Of a stretch of 64,000 nt of DNA, positions 1-15,058 are shown piece after piece. A program made the translations under genes and the position numbers. Below the pieces are notes generated by a model. The model did not search any database and was not told where the DNA came from. It was given only the letters and a program-made list of their open reading frames with translations. Each line of letters starts with the position of its first letter. Within the stretch, counting starts at the first letter, position 1. The DNA is from the human T2T-CHM13v2.0 reference genome, Homo sapiens, in assembly GCF_009914755.1 (NCBI RefSeq), contig NC_060933.1; one strand, 5' to 3'.

Positions 1-457
1 TTGTGGGGACATTTAGCAATTTAGTGCAGAAGGCCACATTAGAAGAAATAAAAGAACTATATAGATGGGCACAAAGAGTCAAGTGATAGAATTAGCGATT
101 TAGATGTGAGCTATTATAAAAGCTCCTGAGAGTCAAAATAGCTGAGAAACACCACAAAAGGAGTCTAGGCCTGAACTGAGATTTGAGGGTATTATGGAGG
201 GACAAGAGGGAAAAGGTAATGAAGGCAGGGAAGGAATTGCTTTAGGAGATAATGTTGACTGTGTTTCTCCAGAAACATATGCCTATATCCAGAAACACAA
301 AACCCCTGTCTGGGTGAATGTGAGCCTCATCACTTTATTCTAGTTTCAGCTCTGCCATTCAGCTATTGTGTGATTTTGTACAAATCCAACTTTCTTAGGT
401 CTAAATGGCAATTAATAAACCTATTGCATCACCTAGGGATGATGGCTGTTTTAGTAT

Positions 458-1045
458 TGTTTGAAATGCTTGCTTCCCGGTGCCATAAAGAAATAGCACT
501 TGAACATAAATTTAATTTACTTGCAAGGCCATTTTTACTTCTTGCAGAAAGGGTACACTCGCCAGCAGTTTTGCCATGAGAGCACACCGAACAAAGGAGA
601 TAGGGTCATTTATAACTTGACATGTCCACCCTACTGCTGTGTCTGGTTTCCATTGACTGGAACGGGACCTCACATTCTGTATTTGTTCTAACTGGCTAGC
701 AACTTAGAACTTTTTAAAAGAGGCAAAGGCAGAGGAGAACAAAGGAAGGAGGAAGTAACTTGCGGAATGCTGAGAAAGGTAAAAACACCTTCAAATAAGG
801 AAGAGGAACAGGCTATGACCTAATACTTTTTTGGACCAGTATAAGCATGCCAGGGCAAATATTTAGGCTACATTGTGGGAGCTAAGGACATAAAGTACAT
901 TGATTTCTTTATCACGGCTAGCAGATATTTAAGAATGTTAGCACAGTTATTTGAATAAATTTTGCTTGTAAGAGAAGTTAATATTTATTCCTAATTAAAT
1001 GGGGAGGAAAGTCTTTGAAGAGGAACCTCTATTTTACTTTTTACA
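458..1045 (-). mobile_element. Solo ERV1 LTR, LTR10C-like (HERV-I family), inserted in a MIR remnant
   Basis: Minus strand begins TGTAAAAAGTAAAATAGAGGTTCCTCTTCAAAGACTTTCC (recalled LTR10C 5' end) and ends ...CATTTCAAACA. TG...CA termini. 4-bp TSD GTAT at 454-457 and 1046-1049. Confidence 0.85.
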
Positions 1046-1299
1046 GTATTATAAAATGGGGCAAACAAGGGAGCAGTGATGGGGGTTGAGTTGTCGGACT
1101 TGGTGACTGCCTTTTATCTTTAATTCAATCCAAGTCATTCATTCATTCAATACACATATGTTAGGCCGCTCAGGTTTTGGAGTGGAATAAGACATTGTTC
1201 CATGTAAGATAGACATTATGCAACTAATTACTCAGTTGATTATATAAATCCTTAGCATGCACATCAGAGGTTGCATTATCTGCTTTTTACTCACCTCTA

Positions 1300-1700
1300 C
1301 TGCCCATGTCTTGGAGCCCTTGAGGAGTCATCACCTAGGCCTTCTTTCATCTTCATGACGTGCTCTGCTTCTTCCCTGCTCAGAGACTTGGGGCACTTCA
1401 CTTTCTTTCTGTTTCTCTTCACTCCTCCTCCTACTTCAGATCTTAGTTAAAGTGTCCACACCACAAGGAAGCTTTTCTTGAAATCCAGCGTGGAGTCAGG
1501 TTACCCCATAGCATCTTATGACTCTCCATTGGGGCAGTAACCAGAAGTTGTAAATACAAATTAAATAATGTGATTTAATTTCTGTATTTCTCTGCTAGAA
1601 TATATGCCCTAGGAGAGCAGGAATATTTTTATTATTGTAACTCTAGACTTTGTATGATGCCTGCCTATAATAAGCCTTCAACACACATTTTCTAAATGAC
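1300..1700 (+). mobile_element. L2 fragment (3' region)
   Basis: Diverged L2-like motifs (ttcagatcttagttaaa..., tgcctgcctataataag, aaatgact end). Boundaries approximate. Confidence 0.5.
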
Positions 1701-3019
1701 TGGTCAGACATTCGTAAAAGCTATTTTCAGAATTTTGGTCATAAGCGACTATTCATCCCCATGAATCTCTAATTTTCTTTAACAGCCGGTTACAGATCCA
1801 TCTTCTCCAGGTTTATCTAACCATCCCTGATTCTATTTTTATATACTTGCAAGTTCTTTAAGTTATTGCAGAAATGTCAGACCCAGAACCAAATTATATT
1901 ATCTTTGTCCATTATTACCAGGAGTCAAAGACTTTTCTTATTCTACTTTATTTTTTCATTTACTGGTAAAATTGGGAGGCAAGGAGAAAATCTACTCTAA
2001 TAGGGGCGTTTACTGCAGTATAGAAATAACTGGTAATTATGCTCTTTAAATGAACTTGACTCTGTGGCTCATGTAAGGTTTTGCTAAGTGCCCTGGGCCC
2101 AACTGAGACTAATTAGGCCTGCATTAAATATTAAAGCTTTCTGACACCCAAGTTTTGACAGTGACAGAAGAAAAGAAATCCTGTAACCTAATCTGAACCC
2201 AATAGAAGTAATTTATGTTCCCTTCTTATAACAAAAGAAAATCCAATTATGTTGCTGGCTGGCAAATATATTTAAAGCAGAAATTAATGTAAAAAAATAC
2301 ATAAACACACAGACACACAGAGTACACAATAAATGTACTCTATTTAAAATAAAATAGACTACATTTAAAATAACACAATAATGTCAACAGATAGTTCTGT
2401 TTGCCACCAACTACATCAAATGCCTGTTGATTGTTCTGCTATAAACTTGTGTTTGGTTGGGAAATAGGTTTTTGCCAGTAAATAATACAGCGTAGGGGCA
2501 TGGAGTCAGCATGAGCCTTTGGATAGTAAGAATATAATAATGCCACTTTCACATAGAAAAGGCTGATTGTATGTAGACCTCATTTCCAATCCATCTCCAG
2601 AAGATACCTTTTTGTTCCTTCAATTACTGAGTTTGTAAAGGGACAATTTGCTCTTGCTCACAGGTGGGGGCCAGCCCAAGGTCAGGAACCGTGGTCTAAG
2701 TCCCAGCTTTATTCTTAGTTGGAGGAGTGGCCTTAGGTATGTCACAGGGCCCCTTAGGCCTTTTGGTTGTCGTTTTCATAAAAGGCAGCTTGTCTTGCTG
2801 CTGACAATCATCTTTGAGAGTGTTAGACTTAAATGAGATCCTGCAGTAGTTTTCACCCTCCACAGGTAGCAAAATCTTTACTCTAAACAAATTGTACTTG
2901 ATTCCTTGATGCTAAAACAAAAGAAAAACCTGGAATTTTATTACTACAAACATATTCTATAAGCCCTCATGTATATTTTTTACTTTTCTTGGAGCCCCTC
3001 AGTAAGAAAAACAAAACAG

Positions 3020-3270
3020 CTTTTAATACAATGTTTTCACAATGGCAAAGTTCAAACACAGACAAAGGTAGAGGCAATGGTATGATAAAGCCCCAGGCAT
3101 TCATCACCCAGATTCAATAATTACCAATTCATAATCAACCCAATTTCAGCTCTCCACCTCACACCTCACTTTTTAAAAGACAGATCCTCCCTCATTAGAT
3201 TAGTTCATTCACAAATATTTTATATGATCTTGAAAATATAAGTGCTCCTTTAATCATTGTGATATCAAAT
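3020..3270 (-). mobile_element. Old L1M (L1MC/ME-type) 3' fragment
   Basis: ttcaaacacagacaaaggtagag...catcacccagattcaataatt resembles an antisense L1M 3' UTR. Confidence 0.45.
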
Positions 3271-3757
3271 TCAAAATTAACATTAATTCTCAAATAAATA
3301 GGGCTATTTTGATGAAAAAAATATATAGGAAGGAACAAGAGATCTTCAAGGGTCATCATTCCTATGTCAAAAATCCTATTTGTTTTTAAAATATATATTT
3401 TTGCTGTAAAATATACAATCCTGATTGGCATACGAAAGTACTTTCAAATACTAACAATCTCAGTAATGTACCAGGCAAAATTGAGACTATTTTTAAATGA
3501 GCGGGATTGGTAAAAGAATTTAAATGCTACCATTTACACCAAAATAAGTTAATTCAGCAGCTAAAGTTAAGAATCTTAATTTTCTCACTTTGTTAAAATA
3601 TGACTTGGGATTCATGCTATTTATTATCTTTATTTTTATTATAATTTTTGAGAAATTATTTAATGTACCCCAAAGACTAATATAAGTTTTCACACAAACT
3701 ATGCCCTCAATATGTATATATTGGATGAGAAATGAATAAATAAAAAATGATATTTTA

Positions 3758-4049
3758 GGCAGGGCGCGGTGGCTCATGCCTGTAATCCCAGAATTTTGGG
3801 AGGCCGAGGCAGGCAGATCAACTGAGGTTAGAAGTTTAAGACCAGCCTGGCCAACATGGTGAAACCCCGTCTCTACTAAAAATACAAAAATTAGCTGGGC
3901 ATGGTGGCTCATGCCTGTAGTCTCAGCTACTCGGGAGGCTGAGTTAGAAGAATGGCTTGAACCCTGGAGGCAGAGGTTGCAGTAGCGGAGATAGCACCAT
4001 TGCACTCCAACCTGGGCAACAGAGTGAGACTCCATCTAAAAAAAAAAAA

Positions 4050-4050
<1 letters not shown>
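3758..4050 (+). mobile_element. Alu (AluS)
   Basis: Full dimeric Alu with central ctactaaaaatacaaaaatt and A tail. 5' TSD aaaaatgatatttta; its partner aaaagagatatttta is displaced to 6282-6296 by the L1 insertion. Confidence 0.95.

Positions 4051-4051
<1 letters not shown>

Positions 4052-4100
<49 letters not shown>
4052..4100. repeat. (TA)n microsatellite at the Alu-tail / L1-tail junction
   Basis: Directly visible atatatat... run. Confidence 0.9.
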
Positions 4101-6293
<2,193 letters not shown>

Positions 6294-8879
6294 TTAATCA
6301 AATAGTTGTAGAAAGTAAGATATCTATGAAAAAACCTTAAAATCACTGGAATCCTAGATGAACAAAAAAACTTAAAACAATGAAATGAATAAATCAAAGA
6401 CAATTTCATTATTATTTTATTACTTTCTAATTAAAACTTGTTTACTGGATGTATCCACATACCCTTCTCTGACTCTTCCCCATCAAATTTTCTGAAATTT
6501 GAAAATAAAGAGAAATGATCTGTAGTGGGCAAAGATAAAGAAGAGCAAATGAGATTGTCCAGGATAAAAAGTTCAAGAATTAAGAGTACTGGGTTCCAGA
6601 CTCTCCTCGGCCATCACTGACCTTAGGATCCTGGCTGGCCATTTCCATCCATGGGACCCCAGTAATGTAATGCAGTCAGGGATCAAATACCATAATTGTT
6701 CTTGCCTCTTTGGAGTCTCAATTTTGTGATTCTCAGTATAGGGATGGGACAAACTAGTTACTTAGTTTTGAGTAAGGTACATCACTTGGAGAAATAACTT
6801 TTCAGTAGCATTTTAAGGACCTGTCTGAAAACTTGGGGACAACTTAAAGTTAGCATCAGCCCATCTCTCCAAATCGGGCTGCCACACTAGTGTTAAAAAT
6901 AATTAGTGTGAGAGTAGTCCTGGAGCACATTGGAACTGCGCAGTAAGGAGGGCCTTTCTGAGTTTATTGGAAGAGAGAGTGATCTCCCTATGAAAGAGTG
7001 GTATACTTAGTGTGGAAGATATTACAACTCATCATTCCCTTGCTTGAGTACAGCAGCCTTCAGAAGCAGACTTATTTATTTATTTTCCCATTTCCTTTCC
7101 CCACCCGCTCTGCTAAAGCACATTATGAAATTATGAAAAAGCCATTTTCTATCCAAAGGCAGCTGGTTGCCACGGGTTACGAGAGCCTTTTCTGTCCCCA
7201 GTGTGATTTTGCTGACCGAAACCATCCTAGGAGGGAAGGATTGAAGAAGGACGGGAAAGTGAGGCTGCGGATCAAATCCCAGCACCCTCCCCCTTTGTCT
7301 CCTCCAGACATACGGCTCTGGAGATGCTGTGTTGGGATGCCACTTCCAAAGCCCAGGTGTCTCACACAGGCCTAGCAGGGAATACGAACGCATCTGAGGC
7401 AAGGTAGTTGGGGGAAGACAGGGTAAGGAAGTGATCAGTTAGGTGCCTGGAGAGATATTTCAGATGATGAGATGACTAAAAAGGTTACAATATGTTGGAA
7501 GATGGAAAGCAGCTTATTATAGATTCTCTCTCTTTCTCTCCCCCTCTCTTCCTCCTCCTGCACCCCTCCCCCTGTACTATTTTGGAATAATAGCAAATTA
7601 GAGTTGGAAGTCAGTACAGTTTTACATTTCATATTGAATTATATCCATATCCTCCTACCTCAATAATAGCTCATTCAAGCTGTGTTTGAATTCTTAGACC
7701 AACATGGAACTCACACCTTCCTAAGCATCCTGTTGGGAGATTGTTTGCATTAATATTGATAATAAAATCAAATAGTTATTGGATCTGGGCTACATCCTGG
7801 TCTATGAAATAATTGCCTTCATTTTAACCTTACAAATAATTAATGAGTTTGAGGTATTATAGACCTGTTTCTCACACGAGTAAACTAAGGCCTAAGTTTA
7901 TATATCAAGAATCGACATTTTAAGGAGTCCAAATCCTTAAACTTCGGGCCTTTTAGCTGTGTTATTCTGCTTATTATATACTTTACTTTCCATTTCTCTC
8001 TCTTTTCAGGCATATATCTCTATTACTTCAGTTTCATGTTTTCATTTCTCTCACCTTCCTGGTGATTTTCTATACCTCTCCCTTTGTTAATGTCTTTTTT
8101 AAACTCTCATGCCCTGAATTGTTTATTTAGTTGAGGTAGTCTTATCACTGAAAGAAATAGCCCCTTCTCTATTCTCCAAATTTTACTTCTATTAATTCAT
8201 TTGAAAGCAAATACCTTTTTCTGGCCTTCACATATATTACATTTCTGAACTCTCTTGAGTCAGCTGAAAGCCCCAAGCCTGCTTCATCCATGCTGAGTTT
8301 AACTTATGCTCTTTCTATCCTTTTTAGTTTTCTTAAGTGAGTAGTGGCAGATGCTTATATTTCTTCATGTGAAATTTTATCTAATTGGTTAGTTTTATCA
8401 TTCTAGTTCTGGAGAACTCCTTAGATACTAATTTTTTTCATGTACCATATTCAATTTCTCCAGCAAACTATGACTTAATTCATGTCATGAATAAAAATGT
8501 AATGATAATTATACAGAATGTGGACAAGGATGGAATGTCATGTCCAGAGATCTAAACCTGGCAAGGATCATAAATTTGTCTTCCAGATTAGCTAATAAAA
8601 GGATATTGGAACAGGACACTTAAGGAAAATGTGCTTTGGGGAGGAGGTTGGCTCAAAATTGCATCAGTTTTTAGACATACGGCTGCTGGCAGGATAGAGC
8701 AAAACATTCTAGACTGTGAACTACAGCTGCAGACATCACATCCTGTGCAGATGCAGACTCTGTTTACATAATATTAACATGTTTTCTAAATTACTTTTAA
8801 AATCAAGTAAACGTTAATTCACCTAGCAAATACTTAACCAACACTGACCAGGTAGATATTAAGAAATATATTTATTTAA

Positions 8880-9600
8880 AAGCATCTGTCTATTGTACAA
8901 ATATTTATCATAGTTTTTTCCCTGCCCTCATGGAGCTTAAAGAGTAATGAGGGAATAAAAATCAATCCCCAAATTGATTTGATAAGTCATATAGAGAAAC
9001 ACAATTGGGTTTTTAAGAGAGAAGAGGGTAGGTGGACTAAGTTAGATTAATAATTCAGAATGCTTCTCTAAAGAAGGAACATTTAAAGCAAGAACTGAAG
9101 GATGTATACTCTTAATTGGAAAAAAACGTGGAAAGAAGGATGTTTCTGGCAGAAGATTGTGAGAAAGAGACTAAAAATTCAAAGAACTAAAAGAGTACTA
9201 AAATAGATGAAGGGCAGTGAGTGAGGAGGCTGGTGAAATGTGAGGTGTGAAATGCAGACAGGGCTAGGTCACATAGGGCTTTTCCATAAGGAGTTTGTAT
9301 GTTATGCTAAGTCTAATGAGAATCTGTAGAAGGGTTTAAGAAAAATATTTGACTTAATGAGATTTATGTTTAAAGAAGATAGCTTTGGCTGTGATGTAGC
9401 AATAAAGGAAGTTAGGAATAAAAATAAGAAGATCAGTTAAGAAGTACTATAGAGCCAGAGGTCAGGGGAAAGGGCTAGTAACAGTTTGCATTTGTGCAGT
9501 GCAGATTAAAAGTAGACAATATTGAGAACTACTTTGCAGGTAAATTTTATGAGACTTGGGATTGGATTGCATGTAGATGGTAAGTGAGGGGCATGTCAAA
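8880..9600 (-). mobile_element. L2 fragment
   Basis: cctgccctcatggagctta, gaactgaaggatg, atgagatttatgtttaaagaagatagctttggctg: antisense L2 motifs. Confidence 0.65.
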
Positions 9601-10109
9601 AATAATAAAATTACAATAGCCATAGATTTCTTTTGTTAAGAACGTATAGCCTTGTCAGGGAGAAAATATGCACACAAATAATAGAGGTATAAATCTGAAC
9701 AGGTTTGGGGAGTACAGAATGAGCCTAGTTTGTGCCGAAGAGCCTCAAGGGAGGCCTCCCGGGGGTGGTGGTATTTGAAGCAATCTTGAAGTGTGGCTGT
9801 ATTTTAGAATGCAGAGATCAAAGAGGTGAATACAGTTAACCATAAATGTGAGGATATCCACCTCTGCAGGTTTTTATATAGTCATGTATTTGGCGCAGTA
9901 TACTGCATGCCTACAATATGTCAAACATGTTATATGTTTTAATGCAACATTCAATGGGTAAGTAGATATTAATTTTTACTCATTTGACAGCAAGGGAAAG
10001 TCACAGAGTTTAAGTTGGATACTCAATAGTGTATAATCTCTATAAATGAGTTTTCCTGTTTTGAACCTAAATCTGTTAAACTTTAAAATTTTTAAATTCC
10101 TTATGGCAG

Positions 10110-10290
10110 CATCTGTCTCTCAGCACTTTATGCCTTATTTTTCTTCATGGCACTGACACTATCTAACATACTACAATTTTTACTTATTTGCTGTTATTGC
10201 ATGCCTCTCCCACTAGAATATTCAGCTCTCTGAAGGTCAAGATTTTGCTGTTTTGTTCACTGCTGGATCCCTGGCACTTGGTTAGGGCTT
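10110..10290 (+). mobile_element. L2 3' fragment
   Basis: ctctcccactagaatattcagctctctgaaggtcaagattttgctgttttgttcactgctggatccc matches the L2 3' end. Confidence 0.65.
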
Positions 10291-11554
10291 ATATATCAAA
10301 GTTTCTTAACAGGAAGAATAAATTTTTACAAATGGATAATTCTCAATCCATTTTCCTCCCACTAACCAAGATATCCTATTTAATTCAGATATATAAGTTT
10401 TTAATGTTGTTGATCTAGTTTTACCAACTTAATCCATATTTGATATTATCCTGCTTTCTTTTTAGTACCCAGCAGTCAGACAACAACAATTTGTTGATCA
10501 ACGTGCTAGGCTCCAGGGTCACTATGAAGACATACCAGACAGCCTGTGTCCTCAAGGGAGCCTATGATATATTTGAAGACACATGATCTAATCTTTAGAA
10601 AGGTTAAGTAATACTAACACAGTGATATAATCAATATCACAAGACTGCATTAAGACATAATTGAAGTGTCAAAGAGAATAATAAGTTTAATAAATGATAT
10701 GGGAGATAAGAAGAAGAAAGAATTATTCAGTTGATCTATTTTGGTTTCATAGAGAAAAGTAAATTTGACTAATATTTCAAAGACGAGTAAAATTTTCTTA
10801 GGTAACGAGAGAATGTTAGGATAAGTCAGGCAAGAGATGAGTAGATGCACACATGGGTGGGCCTAAATAAATAGGGGGGACGATGTGGAGAAAGGGCTGG
10901 CTGGATCACAGGAGGCTCACAAGTCCCTGGAATACTGTGCCCCTACTCTGAGAACTGGAATTTACAGACATCAGGTTTTTTCCAAAAAAGGGGGTTGCCA
11001 GAATATTTTCACTGAGATCCTGTTGTAGGATAATGTACCAATTTTACTTTTGAACTACTTTGTAATGGCAGAGTAAGTGAAGACAAATATCTCAATATCA
11101 TACATTAAGGAATTTGAGAAGATTTTATCAAAAAAATATAAACTTATGACAACACCATGCAGAGAAGAGTCTAGGGCCTGGACAATCTACTGGACAGAGA
11201 ATTGGTTTGAATTTTAGGAAACAGAGTCTGCTCCCTTGCTATTCTTGCAAGAGTGAGGACAACTTTGAGTAAGAGTTCCTTACCAGGCATCTTGGGGTAA
11301 ATGCCAGCTATGCAAGAACTTGTCAGGACTGGCAACCTCTAGCACTCATGACCTTAAAATACTTTAGATTTGAGCTGCTAGACACAAGGGGTTCCCTGGT
11401 TTCTTGTGAAGCTGGATTAGACCCACCTATTTCCCAGCAATCTGATTCTCCAGAGATAGTCCTCAAAACAATCCTACTTATCTCTCTCACCCTCTCATTG
11501 ACGAATTGATCATGTAAGATACGCCCTATTGATTTAAAGGAATAAGACTTGATT

Positions 11555-12090
11555 GATGCATTTGTTCTTTTCAAAAATGTGTATGTTGTGCTTCAAAACC
11601 AATGTAATTACTATGTGCCAAGCACTCATCTAGGTGTTAGGTATGTATAAGTGAACAAGATAGAGCCTCTGCTCAGCACTGATAATAGAGTGGGCAGAGA
11701 GGGGTTAAATGCTCTGTGATGAGGGCTATGAGAAGAGCAAGCACTGGACACTAGGAAGGTAGATGAGGGGCACATAAACTCAAGCATACTGACATTTAAA
11801 TTGTGACATACAATTTAAGGCTGAACTACCAGGAGGAAGGGCTTTCTAGATGGAGAAATTGGCACGAGCACAGGTCTAGAGGTGAGGAGAAGCAGGGACC
11901 ACTCATATGACTTCACATATGTAATTCAGTGGGGCAGGAGAATAGGGGGAGATGGAGAACCAAATAGGGCCCAGATCAGGAAAGTCATCCGGTCACATTA
12001 GGGAATTTGAGTCCTGTTCCGGGGAGCCCATGAAAGGGTTTAATCGGGGGAATAGAGGGGCCAGATTATGATTTTTAAAGAGACTGCCAA
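11555..12090 (-). mobile_element. L2 fragment
   Basis: actatgtgccaagcact...gtgaacaaga...cctctgctc; ggagcccatgaaagggttttaatc. Confidence 0.6.
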
Positions 12091-12355
12091 AGAGCATTCT
12101 TCAATAAAAACATAATGCAAGCCACACATGCCAGCTGCATATGTAATTTTAAATTTTCTTAAACCACATTTCTTAAATAAAAAGAAAAAAATAATTTATA
12201 TTTTCTTTAACATAATGCATCTAAAATATTATCTGAACATGAAATCAACATAAAATTATTAATGAGGCATTTTACATTATTTTATCTCCATTTGAACTCA
12301 TTACATTTCTAGTACTCAGTACTCATGAGTGGCCACAGGCTATGGGGCAGGGCAG
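12091..12355. mobile_element. MER33 (hAT-Charlie) DNA transposon fossil
   Basis: ataatgcaagccaca...catatgtaattttaaattttct...aaaattattaatgag matches recalled MER33. Confidence 0.75.
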
Positions 12356-12679
12356 GCCTACAGAGTGGCAGATAAAAAATAATTTGGAGTAGAGAATGGC
12401 TGAGGGTAGGGTAGGGCAAGACCTGAAGGAATTGTGAAATATAAGGCCCATTGTGGGACAGACTCACGCCCGGGTGGGCTTACATTGAGTTCGTTCTGGG
12501 CCATAGATCCAGCTAGGAGGAAGCTCAGCTCCTGAGCAGGACAAAGTATGGGGTGGGGATGGAAGTCAACAAGATGTTTTTGTAATGCCCACCTGAAACT
12601 TGCCTCAGGTAGGCTTCTTGTTACATTGTCATAGAAAAAAGAGGCAGCAAACAAAGGAACAGGAATTAGTTGCAGAAGT

Positions 12680-12715
12680 AGGCAGGCAGGCAGGCAGGCA
12701 GGCAGGCAAGCAGGC
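12680..12715. repeat. (AGGC)7 tetranucleotide repeat (CCTG on minus strand)
   Basis: 7 perfect AGGC units, then aagc aggc. Confidence 0.9.
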
Positions 12716-14074
12716 AGCAGCTAGAAGGGCTATCAGAATAGAAAAAGAGCCAGACAGAGGACTTCATCTCAGGGTAGACCTTCAGATCCTGGAAGGCAGA
12801 ATGTGGCAAGAACATGCCAGGGAATTATCTAGAAAGGCAAGAAAAAAAGGTAAGAAGCAAGGAGGGAAAAAAGGTAATAAATTTTAAAAAAGAATTAGTA
12901 TTTATGATGTGCCAAGTCATGGAACCAAAATATAACCAGATATAGAACACCATCCTATGCAGATATATATGTGAAACCACTGGACTCTCCCTCCCCTAAG
13001 TCCTGTAAATCGTCTTATATAAAGTTATGGGTTCCCCACTGAAGTCCAGCTGTGGTTATTGAAAACCAAGCCTGAAGTCCACTGAGCTTGTAGCCCTCAT
13101 TTCACTAAAGTGTAAATTCTGATTTCACAGGCCCTCGATGCTTTCAAACTCTCACCTTGCTGTGAAGGGAGAAGGGAAGAGCCACCTTTCCTCTGTGTTG
13201 TTTTCAGGTAGAGAAGAACGCACAGCAAGGTTGTACAGTGGCAAGGGAGTTGTAGTTAATGCAACATCTCTTATTGGACAGGCACAGCCCTTTCCTTCCT
13301 GGTGGGTTCACATGGTAACAGCATGCCTTGGCAAGGGCAGGTTTAATTAAGAGTCACTACCCTCTTGGCAAAACCGCAGCTCTCCACCCACCTTCAGATT
13401 CTGTTACCCAATCTGGTTTCTCTTTCAAAATTCTTTCTTCCCTGAAGATGAAAATTTTTTTCAGAATTTTTTTTCTCTCAGAAGATCCACAGTTCCTCCT
13501 TATGGTTTGCCTGTTTCCAGTGTATATCTTCCCCCATGCCCATTGGTTGTATTTGTAAACATTTCAGGGGACCCACAGCTCCTATGCAAATTGGTGAATC
13601 CAGATAGATGCTGCATGCCTGGAAGCTGCAGTAGGTCCCTCAACTTCAAGTGTCAGAATATTTTTAACCCCAGTTCTGCCACAGTGAGAATACTCTATTG
13701 CATTTTTTTTCATTTAGTTAACTCACATTTTTCTTTTATGGATGAGAAAATGAAGGCTTGGGTTTATCAGGTAATATATCTGTTGCCAAGGTGTGGCAGA
13801 GCCCAGATTCAAAATGCTTTATTTTCCTACTGGACAACTCTGCCTTGGTGTTTAGAAAACATGAAACAATCCAAGGATCCAACCAGCAGAGCTGGGGCAC
13901 ACGATGGATGGAAGGTCTAAGAAGCTAATCCAAGGCTCAGATCAGAATTGTGCTTCATGTCCAAGGCAAAGAGAACAGTGATGGAGAGACAGGATTCTGA
14001 GTCTCAGAGTATTCAGCTGGAGTTTTATAACCATCCTTCTACCCGCTGGAATGAAGTGTGTAGCAGGATCATAA

Positions 14075-14915
14075 TTTAGTAACATGGTAGTGAGGGTCTC
14101 AGCTAGCCTCAGATGCCAGACTATCTGGATTTGAATCCTGGCTCCACTATTTGCTATGTGGACTGGGGACAAATGCTCAATCTCTCTGATCTTCAGTTTC
14201 TTTATTTGTAAATATGGATAAAATAGCACCTACTTTGTATACTTCTTTGAGAATTAATATTTGTTAAAATTTTAGAAAAAAAAGGCTTAATGCTTGTGCA
14301 ACACACTTCTGAAACTAAGGAACAAGAGTTAACACAGATTTTACAGATTAACGGCAGTCCTCCATAAGACTGCCCTTACTTTGGGCATCGGCTGCAAGCT
14401 CAGGGGTTGCCAGCTACCCATGTTTCTGACCAACTGACCATAAATTTAGAATTCCCATTACCCCTTCAGTATTTATAATTAGATAGAAGAACTCATAGAA
14501 CTCAGGAAGCTCTATGGTTATGATTATGACTTTATCATAAAGTACCACAAGTCAGAACCAGCCAAATGAAAACATACATGGGGTGAGGTCTGAGGGAGCC
14601 CAAACACAAAGCTTCTGTGTCCTCAGGGTCCATCACTCCCTGGCACAGTAATGCGTAGCACCAATCAGGGAGCTCACTCAAATTTACGGTAATCACAGGG
14701 TTGATCTTTCTGGCATGGCCAGGCCCCATCCTAAACCTATCTTGGGATCCACCATGAGTCACCTTGATAGCACATATTCAAATGTGGTCTGAGGAACCCA
14801 CCATGAATAAATTCCAAGGGTTTAGAGGCTCTTTCCTAGAAACCAAGGACAAAGGCCAGCAAAATTCTTTATTATTCAACAGCCTGGTATCTGGTAAATG
14901 CTACATGAATATTAA
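14075..14915 (+). mobile_element. MIR split by a MER21 LTR
   Basis: MIR core ggatttgaatcctggctccact...cagtttctttatttgtaaa at 14110-14270. MIR tail gcctggtatctggtaaatgc resumes at ~14882. Confidence 0.7.
14290..14881 (-). mobile_element. MER21-family solo LTR (partial)
   Basis: Minus strand starts TGTTGAATAATAAAGAATTTTGCTGGCCTTTGTCCTTGGTTTC...AAACCCTTGGAATTT. Internal tctgaccaactg, cagaaccagccaaatgaa. Confidence 0.75.
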
Positions 14916-14921
14916 TACCTA

Positions 14922-15058
14922 CCAAGGTTTGACAAGCACTTTCTGTAAAGGACTAAATAGTAAATACTTTTGGCTTTGTGGGCAAGATGGTCTCTATGAC
15001 ATTCTTTTTTGTAAAAGATATAATTATATAAAATATAAAAACCATTCTTAACTCATGC
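14922..15058. mobile_element. MER58-type hAT fragment
   Basis: ttctgtaaaggactaaatagtaaatacttttggctttgtgggc...aaaaccattctta. Confidence 0.7.

Noticed and set aside
3520-4035. 171-aa ORF and similar ORFs (22930, 37591, 42183, 45948, 49619, 51657 etc.)
   Set aside because: Typical Alu translation products ([18 protein letters not shown]-like), not genes.
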